Below are positions 50,060 to 58,487 of a stretch of 64,000 nucleotides of DNA, in pieces. How positions within the stretch are numbered: position 1 is the first letter of the stretch; each line of letters starts with the position of its first letter. The stretch comes from Candidatus Bathyarchaeia archaeon (GTDB lineage Archaea; Thermoproteota; Bathyarchaeia; 40CM-2-53-6), in assembly GCA_049517415.1 (NCBI GenBank), contig JBEKSC010000006.1, forward strand, positions 17,228-81,227, given 5' to 3'. The translations under genes were made by a program, and so were the position numbers. The notes beneath the pieces were generated by a model. That model had not been told where the DNA came from. It ran no database searches and saw nothing but the letters and a program-made list of their open reading frames with translations.

Positions 50060-52630
50060 ATGAAGGTCAGGTATAAGTTGTCTAGAAGGAAGCTTCCGGT
50101 TATTTTGGCACTGGCGGTGTCCATTATTGTTTTGGTATCCAGTTTAGTACCTTCAACAGCAGCTACAGCCGGACAATGGCGGCTGCTGAGTCCCACCGAA
50201 TATACGCCTTCTCCCACATCGCAATTGAACAGTATCTTCATGCTCAACGGCGGAACGAGCGGGAAAGGCAGCGGAAACGGTTGGGCTGTAGGCCAGAATG
50301 GAGCCATATTCTACTGGGACGGATTTTCATGGAACCAAGCCGGTCCAACTTCGTCATGCACTTATAATTCAGTCAATTTCGGAGGGCCGCTCAACCCCGT
50401 TTCAAATGGCGTACAAACATCCTCTGGATGGACAGTCGGACAGTGCAGCGGGACTACAGCGACTTCACTCTACTGGAACGGGGTCGGATGGCAAAGCTAC
50501 TCAGTCCCCGCGTCGGGAACATCTGTTGCGAACTCCGTTTTCCTGGTTCAATCATCATCGTCAACAACCGGCACCGTGATTGCGATTGCCGTAGGCAACG
50601 ATGCGTCCGGCGGGGCGATCTGGACTTGGAACGGAGTTCCAGGACAGGGAGCAGGTTGGGTTGAACTCTCCCCAGCGCCTACACCGAACCATCTCAACTC
50701 GGTATACATGACATCGTCTTACCTTTCTACATGTACAGCACCTGGTGTTCAAGGAGTGGCTGTAGGGGACTCGGGAACTATACTCACAGATTGCGGGACT
50801 TGGACTGCTGTAGCGACTCCCGTCCCAAGCACACCATTGTACGGTGTCGCAATGTCTTCGCCGACGAGTGGCTGGGCCGTTGGGGGCTCCTGCACGATCT
50901 TAAGCACAACTCCTGCAGGTCCGACAACTTGGGCTACGTATTCGCCAACACCATGCCTCGACCCGTCCGTAACGCTGAGGTCAATCGTAATGCTAAGCTC
51001 ATCAGAGGCTTGGGCCGTAGGCGATTCAGACGCCAACGGTAATCCTACGATACTTCACGGGACATCCCTAGATTCAACGCCTCAATGGACACAGATTCCA
51101 GTCAATCAAGTCACGCCCAAAGGACTGGCATCAAGTGTAGGCCTTAATTCCATAACCTTCGCCCCTACGGGCGGAAACCTATGGGCGGTTGGCGCGTCGG
51201 GTGTTGCTGCTTTCTGCCAGAGCAATTGCAGTTCAATGTCAGGCTCACTTTGGAGTACGACAACGTCGCCATTGACGGGCACGACTACTCCCTATCAACT
51301 TAATTCCGTATTCATGGACAGTGACAGTGACGGATGGGCCGTAGGTCAAGCCAATCCTTCGGGCGCGCCAGCTATTCTCCAGTGGAACGGATACAGCTGG
51401 ACTCAAGCCGCCTCTGTGAGTCCGCTTGTCACTGCACCCCTGTACGGCGTGTCTATGTCGGGCTCGTCGAACGCGTGGGCGGTAGGTGGAGCGAGTGCGA
51501 CACCATCAACCATCTATTTCAACGGTAACGTGTGGAGCGGAGTTGCCGCTCCAAGCTGCACATGCATTCTCCAGTCTGTGTTCATGATAAGTGGGTCCGA
51601 AACTTGGGCAGTTGGGACAAATGGCGTAATCATGCACACCACGACAACGGGCGGAACGTTCTCGTCTACCACAAGTCCCGTACCCGCAGTAGCCGCCCTA
51701 GATACTGTCTTCTTCGCGGATTCGCAGAACGGCTGGGCCGCAGGAACCTGTACCGCAGTTACAGCTAACTGCTTAGCCGTCGGTGACCCAATAATAATCC
51801 ACACGGCGACAGATGGAGGCGATAACTGGGGCACGATTTTTACGGCCGGCAGCGGCCTACCGACCCCATCGGGTACCTCGTACACTATTACATCGTTGTT
51901 CTTCCAGGACAACTCTCACGGTTGGGCATCTGCGTCAAGCGGGTTGGCTCATCCGACCCTCATCCTCTTCTGGAACGGCGTTTCGTGGACTCAGGTGTCC
52001 GCAATAACGACGAATCCAGACGACGACCTGTACGGTATCTCAGTGGAAGGTGGCACCCCTGCAACTGACGGTTGGGCGGCCGGTCAGGATAGTGTTACAC
52101 ATCTTCCGGTGACAATCCACTACGATGGTACCTCGTGGACGGAGATGTCTCTGAGCCCCGCTATTCCAAACCAGGGTGTGCTACTTGCGCTCTACCTTAG
52201 GTCAAGCACTAACGGATTGGCCGTCGGTCCGGGCTTTGGTTCCGACACGCTGTCACTAATTCTTCACCTCGATCCTCCGGGCTCATTCCAGAACACCGTC
52301 GTACAACAGGTAACTGTAACGAACGTCGTCACGACAAGCGCGACTTCAACTACGAGCAGCACATCGGTTACTTCACAGAGCACATCAACGACTGCGAGTA
52401 CATCATCAACGAGTACTTCGAGTACCTCACCGCCGACTACGATAGTGAGTACTACGGTGGCGACCGTCACACTCGGGAGCACACCAACGTCTACGACTAC
52501 TCAGGTGACGAGTTCGGTTTCAACGCCATTGGCGCTCCCCCCAATGCCAGGCTTCCCACTGGAATCGATACTTGCGGGCATACTCGTTGGCATGGCAGCT
52601 CTGACAATTCTCAGACGACGCAGGAAGTAA
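50060..52630 (+). CDS. paralogous secreted beta-propeller-like repeat surface protein
   Basis: Same repeat consensus, many Cys, Ser/Thr tract, MPGFPLESIL-TM-RRRRK. Confidence 0.85.
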   Translation: MKVRYKLSRRKLPVILALAVSIIVLVSSLVPSTAATAGQWRLLSPTEYTPSPTSQLNSIFMLNGGTSGKGSGNGWAVGQNGAIFYWDGFSWNQAGPTSSCTYNSVNFGGPLNPVSNGVQTSSGWTVGQCSGTTATSLYWNGVGWQSYSVPASGTSVANSVFLVQSSSSTTGTVIAIAVGNDASGGAIWTWNGVPGQGAGWVELSPAPTPNHLNSVYMTSSYLSTCTAPGVQGVAVGDSGTILTDCGTWTAVATPVPSTPLYGVAMSSPTSGWAVGGSCTILSTTPAGPTTWATYSPTPCLDPSVTLRSIVMLSSSEAWAVGDSDANGNPTILHGTSLDSTPQWTQIPVNQVTPKGLASSVGLNSITFAPTGGNLWAVGASGVAAFCQSNCSSMSGSLWSTTTSPLTGTTTPYQLNSVFMDSDSDGWAVGQANPSGAPAILQWNGYSWTQAASVSPLVTAPLYGVSMSGSSNAWAVGGASATPSTIYFNGNVWSGVAAPSCTCILQSVFMISGSETWAVGTNGVIMHTTTTGGTFSSTTSPVPAVAALDTVFFADSQNGWAAGTCTAVTANCLAVGDPIIIHTATDGGDNWGTIFTAGSGLPTPSGTSYTITSLFFQDNSHGWASASSGLAHPTLILFWNGVSWTQVSAITTNPDDDLYGISVEGGTPATDGWAAGQDSVTHLPVTIHYDGTSWTEMSLSPAIPNQGVLLALYLRSSTNGLAVGPGFGSDTLSLILHLDPPGSFQNTVVQQVTVTNVVTTSATSTTSSTSVTSQSTSTTASTSSTSTSSTSPPTTIVSTTVATVTLGSTPTSTTTQVTSSVSTPLALPPMPGFPLESILAGILVGMAALTILRRRRK

Positions 52631-52839
52631 TCGGCGGCGCTTCGTCTCAGGTTACAATTTAACAGGTTCTTCGCGTCGTCCCAACGATAGTCTCTATGAC
52701 GGAGACAGCCAATGTTAGGCTTCCACTACGCAACAGGCTGTTAAACCACTGCATCATGGTCACTGGAAAATGACATGGGTTTGAGGGTTTTTGCGGGTAG
52801 GTTTATCTTCCGAGCTACCAGCACGACTATTGATTTCGG

Positions 52840-53391
52840 TTGAGGCTCACATCACTAATCACAATATGCATCGTTCTGGCGGCTTTAATTGGTACTTTGA
52901 GTTTGACCGCCCCAGCCTCAGCTAACAGCCCCCAACAAATGACGAGCATTAGCTTTACGGTCACAACGACAACCAATTACCAGGTCCAAACGGGCGGTGC
53001 GTTACAGGTGAATTTTAACTCAGTTCAGGTGGACACGACTCCACCGCAAGCCTACTCTTTCGGAGTCGAAGCCCAGACATCCCCTGGGCTGTGGATAACT
53101 AGGCTGCACTGGGTATTTGGCGATGGTTCGATCCTAGATGTCCCATATTGTTGCCAGAACGAGGTCAGCGAGGTACAGTACCACGCGTATTCTCAGCCCG
53201 GGTCATACACAGTATGGGTATGGGCTTATGATAACGCAGGGAACTTTGGCTACGCAGCCGTCCCCGTAAACTGGGTACAACCTCTTCCAGAGTACCAAGC
53301 CCCCGGCCTGCCCCTCCTTATGTCCGTATTTGCCATCCTCATAATCGCGACTTACGCAAAGGACAAACGCCCCTTCCGCAAGCTCGTCTAG
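52840..53391 (+). CDS. secreted PKD-domain protein with PEF-like C-terminal anchor
   Basis: WVFGDG...HAYSQPGSYTV...DNAGN, LPEY-TM-basic tail. Confidence 0.8.
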   Translation: MRLTSLITICIVLAALIGTLSLTAPASANSPQQMTSISFTVTTTTNYQVQTGGALQVNFNSVQVDTTPPQAYSFGVEAQTSPGLWITRLHWVFGDGSILDVPYCCQNEVSEVQYHAYSQPGSYTVWVWAYDNAGNFGYAAVPVNWVQPLPEYQAPGLPLLMSVFAILIIATYAKDKRPFRKLV

Positions 53392-53399
53392 CTGGCCTG

Positions 53400-53765
53400 C
53401 TAGAAATCTCCGTGCAACCTGGACCGTGTTACAATATTGCGCTGGTGGCGAGTAGAAGTTCCGTCGTTCCTATTTCGTTGAGACTTGGCTAATTCACCAG
53501 CGAGACCCGGCCATTTCGCTCGTGTGTTACTTCGGACTTGGCATCTTGCCCGTTTTGATGCTTTCAGTGGCCGCGTGGGGACCAGGGTTTCTAAGTCTCG
53601 TAGGAGGCCTTCCTTTGCTTCAACGGATTGCTTCACACACGCGATCAACACGAACTTTGCCAACTCGTTGAGGGGCACTCCCCTCGACATGGCCTAGGCC
53701 TGTAAACCGCTTAGTATTGGGGGATCGAGGCGTAAAATGAGCCGAGGGTTACCTTCGTTTGGCAC
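53400..53765 (-). pseudogene. ribbon-helix-helix protein interrupted by an in-frame TAG
   Basis: GTG 53765 gives MPNEGNPRLILRLDPPILSGLQA*AMSRGVPLNELAKFVL, with TAG at 53694-53696. Confidence 0.6.
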
Positions 53766-54057
53766 CGTTTGGCACCACCCCTTGAAGGGTGGATCCACCC
53801 TAGCCTAATCTCCTAGAACGCGGCAGAACCGTTTTGCCGGTTCTGCTGCGTAAACGGGGCACCCGTTAAGAGTGCTGCATCAGCGGGGCATTATGCCCTT
53901 CAGCCTACGCTGATAACTTATCGGCTGGTCTTTCGCTTCTAGCAGCCTAATCCGACTTGAACATGGCTTGAATTTCTAGTTGCGTTAGCGAAGAGGTCTA
54001 GAAAGAGAGGCTTGCCGTAATATTCCTAGTTCGGTCTGTTGGCAGCGACGGTCTAGG

Positions 54058-55110
54058 CTACCATTTGGGGCGAGTAGGATGGCTGATTAAGTACTTCGAG
54101 GTCGCTGGACTTGAGGTTGGTATACAGGCATTAGCCCCATTCGTGGCGCACACGATAGATCTGGTCGCTCCCACTAGTTCTGGTAGCGTCGTGTTAGGTA
54201 AGTATGCTAGCCATATCTCGCTGTACCCAGGGTTTCCGTTCGATGTTGCAGCGTAGAAAACGTAGATTCCGTCTGACCTAACGACTACTTCTTGATCTCC
54301 GATCTGGTTGAATCGTTCAACCGTGCGAGCAATCAACGGATTTGTTTTCCAGTACACCTGCGTCCAGTGTACTCCATCAGCTGATGTGGATAACGCTATT
54401 TGGAGTACTGGCTGTGAGTAGTCATTCCAAAACATGTAGTAAACACCATTGTCATAAATCACATCTTGGTTCCCAACCTTGAAACCCTGTGCCCTTCCAC
54501 CAAGCACTGGATTCACGGAGTTTCTTACCCAGTTGTGAATTCCGTCAGGAGATGATGCTAGGCATGAGGAGAAATAACCAGAACCTAAAGCGTTGTTAGG
54601 GGTACACTCGTAGTACATCAACCAACTTCCGTCTGGCAACTGTAGCACCGAAGGGTTGTACTTGTCGCCATCGTAGCCTTGATTCCCCAAGACCCCATAC
54701 TGTTGCGCGAAGTGAGTCCAATGTATTCCATCATTGCTCCACTGCGTCAGTAACCCTTGCGTGTAGAAGTATAGCGTGTTCGAGTCATGACGAATAATCA
54801 TTGAAAGCCTTTGATCGGTGACTCTACCGAACTTCGACCATTTAACAGCATCAGAGCTTTCAGCGTAACATGTTTGCGATACATGCCACATATTGCAACT
54901 ATACCACATCCGCCAAACACTGTTCTCATAAATCACGGTTGGTTCCCCAATCATCCCCGTAACCCCACCTTCAACTCCGAGAGAAGGGGTCATAATTCTT
55001 GACTTTCGCCAACCGAAACTACCGGCCCGAACAGGAAAAACACTAACTCCCTGAACGAACCCAAGAAGCAAGATACAGATGACCAGAAAGCTGTAGATTG
55101 CAATCTTCAT
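54058..55110 (-). CDS. secreted five-bladed beta-propeller glycosidase-like protein (passenger)
   Basis: Signal peptide, EPTVI...WRMWY, S.DG.hW repeats, NPV/NPL motifs typical of GH32/GH43/GH130-like folds. Confidence 0.75.
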   Translation of the reverse strand: MKIAIYSFLVICILLLGFVQGVSVFPVRAGSFGWRKSRIMTPSLGVEGGVTGMIGEPTVIYENSVWRMWYSCNMWHVSQTCYAESSDAVKWSKFGRVTDQRLSMIIRHDSNTLYFYTQGLLTQWSNDGIHWTHFAQQYGVLGNQGYDGDKYNPSVLQLPDGSWLMYYECTPNNALGSGYFSSCLASSPDGIHNWVRNSVNPVLGGRAQGFKVGNQDVIYDNGVYYMFWNDYSQPVLQIALSTSADGVHWTQVYWKTNPLIARTVERFNQIGDQEVVVRSDGIYVFYAATSNGNPGYSEIWLAYLPNTTLPELVGATRSIVCATNGANACIPTSSPATSKYLISHPTRPKW

Positions 55111-55114
55111 CGCA

Positions 55115-55708
55115 TCATCTGACTTTTTGCCTGGAATTGCGGAGTTCATTAAGAAAGGCTTGGGGACGAACAATTAGAATGAATGGTTTTAGGATTTTTG
55201 CGGAATCGGTGAAATCACGGTCCTTTGTTACGAAGTGCGTACATTGGTTTCCATGAATTGCTATCGCCAAGTGCAGAGAGTCATACGCATCAAAACCCAT
55301 TCGAACGTAAGGCAGAGCCTTGTTCCAATCGGGCAAGGAACTGAATGTCAGTCTCCCAAGCTTTCGTCCTCGGATTATGGCCTCAGTGATTTCAGTTCTG
55401 ACTTCGTGAAGCTCACGAAGTGACAGCCAATAATGCGGATGTGTTCGAACTCTTTCCGAGTAACGCAAACTAAGTTCTTCAAGAAGCATGCGAAACTCTG
55501 CTCTCGATCTTGCGTAATTATGAATCGCTTCGAGAACTGTCCACCAAGAAAACACAAATTGATGAGGCTTGAACCTTCCTTGAAAGATTCCGTCCACAAG
55601 AGGGAGACAGGCTTTGACATCTACGCCAAGTCTCTTTCTAACGGGTATTTCAACGGTTTTCAGGAACAGCCAATCTGTAACAACAGAACTTTCAAGATAC
55701 GCTTTCAA
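55115..55708 (-). CDS. PIN-domain (VapC-like) nuclease (passenger)
   Basis: AYLESSV, VLE, DAYDSLHLAIA, FVTKDRDF. Confidence 0.85.
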   Translation of the reverse strand: MKAYLESSVVTDWLFLKTVEIPVRKRLGVDVKACLPLVDGIFQGRFKPHQFVFSWWTVLEAIHNYARSRAEFRMLLEELSLRYSERVRTHPHYWLSLRELHEVRTEITEAIIRGRKLGRLTFSSLPDWNKALPYVRMGFDAYDSLHLAIAIHGNQCTHFVTKDRDFTDSAKILKPFILIVRPQAFLNELRNSRQKVR

Positions 55709-55822
55709 GGATAGAGCCAGTTCCAGAAGCTCTTTTTCTTGCGCCTTTTCGGCTTCTTTTTCTTTGGCAAATAACTATCTTCTGTGGCGTTGGTAAGTTG
55801 TTCGCATTGAAAAAATGACCGT

Positions 55823-57157
55823 TTAGAGCATCTTTCCTATATCCTCTGCATCCAAGTATCGTAGCACTTGCTTGATTTCGCTCTCTGTCAGTCCTTTCTT
55901 GTTTCGTAGGTAACCGATCATGCCCTGTAGCCATGTTAGGCTTGCTTTGCCTTTCTTATATCTGCGAACCACTCCGATAGCAGCGCGTTTCCGATACTTC
56001 GCCTTGTTCTCCGTTTCCTTGGGGGGACTGCTCCTATTCTCAGTGCTTTGCGTAATCATCGACTTCCATCGGTTCCTTCCAAGTCCCAGATTGAGGTTAG
56101 CGGCTTGAGCAGGAGTTTGCCCATCCAGAGCCATGTGTGGACGAATGAAGTTGTAGTACAAGCGATAGCCTTGCATTGTCTCATTCGCTGTTGGGTCATT
56201 GTCGAAAGCTCGCATGACCTTGGTTCTTTCACGCATAGTCGAGTGGAGCCTCTCGATGGCATTGTTGTTCGCTAGGTCAATGAAACGTGGCTTGCGAATA
56301 TGCTTGGTTCCCTTGTACCGTAGCGTTTCATCGTATGCGTTTGCATAGGACACCAACCCATCGGTTACTATGGTTGCTGGGGCTTTCTTCGCACGGTCTA
56401 ATCCATCAAGAAACAAGTTGCGAGCATCTCTATCTGTCCTAGCCTTAGTTAGTCGAGAAGCAATTAGGAATCGAGACTCGCTATCCATTAAATTCCACAG
56501 CCAACGATATTTTCCATTGACATTTTCTACTGTTTCGTCTGCATGCCATTTGTTCGAAACTTGAGGCATTAGTTCGTCCGCGTATTCCTTCATTAGCTCA
56601 GTGTATCTCTGAGTCCACCGGAGAACCGTCGAGTTGTTTACTGTGACATTATAGAATTGCTTGAGATGGTCAACTATCTTCCGTAGCGAAATTCCCTTGA
56701 AGAACAGGTCGAGACTTGCAGTAATGACCTGTGGGCTGCACTTCATTCGGGAGAATCCTAAGTCAACTACGAATCTGCGCTTGCATGCTTTACACCAGAA
56801 AATCTGGGTTAATCCCCTTTGATTTTTGCGGGTTCCTCTCTTGACTATGCGGCTGCTCTGGCAGTAGGCGCATTCTGTTGGTTCAGTTTCTTCGCTGCGG
56901 GGGATAGTGTCGGGTGAAGTAATAATCGAGTCTCGAAGCGTCAAACTGAAAAGCGTACTTTGAATATGCTTGCAAGCGACTTGGCGATGCACATGATCTG
57001 GACATTCGCAACTCCATTCCTCACCCTTCTTAGTTACTAGATACCAGCCGTTCCCAGACTGGGACTTAACTTTGTATGTCGAAGCGTCAACTCTCTTGAT
57101 CTGGTTGCCTTTCGCATAAATCGCAAGGGCTCGTTGCGGTCGTTGGTCAACCATCAT
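55823..57157 (-). CDS. IS6-family DDE transposase with N-terminal SWIM and zinc-ribbon domains
   Basis: CECPD...CKH (SWIM), CxxC...CxxC, WHADET, IVTDG, NNNAIERLHSTMRER, YNFIRPH. Confidence 0.93.
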   Translation of the reverse strand: MMVDQRPQRALAIYAKGNQIKRVDASTYKVKSQSGNGWYLVTKKGEEWSCECPDHVHRQVACKHIQSTLFSLTLRDSIITSPDTIPRSEETEPTECAYCQSSRIVKRGTRKNQRGLTQIFWCKACKRRFVVDLGFSRMKCSPQVITASLDLFFKGISLRKIVDHLKQFYNVTVNNSTVLRWTQRYTELMKEYADELMPQVSNKWHADETVENVNGKYRWLWNLMDSESRFLIASRLTKARTDRDARNLFLDGLDRAKKAPATIVTDGLVSYANAYDETLRYKGTKHIRKPRFIDLANNNAIERLHSTMRERTKVMRAFDNDPTANETMQGYRLYYNFIRPHMALDGQTPAQAANLNLGLGRNRWKSMITQSTENRSSPPKETENKAKYRKRAAIGVVRRYKKGKASLTWLQGMIGYLRNKKGLTESEIKQVLRYLDAEDIGKML

Positions 57158-57178
57158 GGCAGTTCAACGTTCACGGAG

Positions 57179-57274
57179 TATATCTACGTAGATATATCAG
57201 CATTACGGTATCTCCGTAGATAACCGAAGCTACCGCCAACGCTTAAATACGTAGATAAAACATCTACGTAGATA
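57179..57274. promoter_or_regulatory. four ATCTACGTAGAT-type palindromic boxes in a divergent promoter
   Basis: TATATCTACGTAGATATA 57179-57196, TATCTCCGTAGATA 57209-57222, TACGTAGATA 57248-57257, ATCTACGTAGATA 57262-57274. Confidence 0.8.
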
Positions 57275-57475
57275 GTGCTAAGCTTGCCCAAGTGGAAGAA
57301 AGACGCAAACGAGTTTACTGTTGGCGTCAATCACAATGAGATTAGAGGATACCAGAGTTCAATACCCAAACCCGTCATGGAAACGCTTGGTAACCCCGAT
57401 AAGATCACTTTCGTAGTCAAACCCAAGAATAAGGTAGAAGTCCAAGCCGCAAAAACGGATACCGCAGAACAATAA
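57275..57475 (+). CDS. small AbrB/SpoVT-like DNA-binding protein
   Basis: GYQSSIPKPVMETLG...ITFVV...VEV swapped-hairpin pattern. Confidence 0.7.
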   Translation: MLSLPKWKKDANEFTVGVNHNEIRGYQSSIPKPVMETLGNPDKITFVVKPKNKVEVQAAKTDTAEQ

Positions 57476-57485
57476 GGGGGAAATC

Positions 57486-58115
57486 TTGAACAAGCCATCT
57501 AAGCATAGTAAGAGTGAGGAACCGAAGAAAAAGAAGCCCTACAACAGATGGGACATCGCGCTCGTTGTCATAGTACTGTTACTGGGTCTCCTTGGATACC
57601 GTTTGTTTACTCAACCTTCTGGTCCAATCACCACGACATCGACAAGTTTAGCAGCCTCAACTTCCTTTTTGCCTATAACCGCCACAAACTACAGGACGCT
57701 TGGTCTTTCAGACTTCAATTTGACCCATAGTCCCGGCTGTCTTAGAACTGACCCGAAAACAAGATGGCTTGTTGAACACTTCGTTGTAACCGTCTACAAT
57801 CGCTACAAGGAAGCTACAGTATACTTCAATGCGTCAGTTTATGTCGCAAATATCGCATGGGCGGATGGGTCCTTCACATTCGACTCATTGAAGTCGATTC
57901 TTGAGTTCCAAGGACCGATTTACAATCAAACAATAAAATTCACAGTGGACTTCCCTATAAGCGGCACAGCTTATGGCCAATCCTACGCTAGCACCCAAGT
58001 CGCAACAGGACTTTTTGGTGTGTTTGTAGGGGTAGAGCAAAACGCCCCTCCTCTAGTCTATCCTGCCGAACCAAACATTGCGGTTTCTAGTCTTGCTTCT
58101 GCCTGTTCAGGCTAG
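57486..58115 (+). CDS. membrane-anchored hypothetical protein (passenger)
   Basis: Basic N-terminus, one TM, Ser/Thr linker, beta-rich domain. Confidence 0.65.
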   Translation: MNKPSKHSKSEEPKKKKPYNRWDIALVVIVLLLGLLGYRLFTQPSGPITTTSTSLAASTSFLPITATNYRTLGLSDFNLTHSPGCLRTDPKTRWLVEHFVVTVYNRYKEATVYFNASVYVANIAWADGSFTFDSLKSILEFQGPIYNQTIKFTVDFPISGTAYGQSYASTQVATGLFGVFVGVEQNAPPLVYPAEPNIAVSSLASACSG

Positions 58116-58365
58116 GCAGTTCCTCATCAAAAAGAAACGAGATAATGCCGACTGTTCCACAAGAAATGCCGAGCCCTAAGACCAGATGCCAAGCATCCGT
58201 ATTCATCAAAACAAATCTTCCAATTGTTGTTAAGGACAGAGGTTCGCTAGTCAGAACTACACAAAGAACTTCAACAAAGAGGCAACTTATCCAAAACCTG
58301 CCGAACCAAGCGTATTTGTGATTAGTTGCCTTTTGCAGCCGTTCTGCGAGGCGTTCAAAAACCAA
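58087..58365 (-). CDS. small membrane protein (passenger), uncertain
   Basis: 92-aa ORF with two hydrophobic segments. Confidence 0.4.
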   Translation of the reverse strand: MVFERLAERLQKATNHKYAWFGRFWISCLFVEVLCVVLTSEPLSLTTIGRFVLMNTDAWHLVLGLGISCGTVGIISFLFDEELPSLNRQKQD

Positions 58366-58487
58366 CTAGAAAGCCCCTATCGGCCAAAATGCCACGGTAA
58401 TGCAGCAGCCCTTGGGGAAGACTCGACCGCGCAGCAGAACCGTTTTGCCCAGCTTAAAAAGCCCTTATATATTGAAGCGGGTTACGA

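Larger units (their letters stand above)
53839..58441 (-). mobile_element. IS6-family element with passenger genes, 4603 bp
   Basis: Terminal IRs GGTTCTGCTGCG (53839-53850, 58430-58441), 8-bp direct repeats GTTTTGCC (53831-53838, 58442-58449), internal IS6-type DDE transposase. Confidence 0.9.

Noticed and set aside
52665-52677. GGTTCTTCGCG as the far end of a second IS6 element
   Set aside because: It is a poor match to the IR and has no GTTTTGCC duplication beside it
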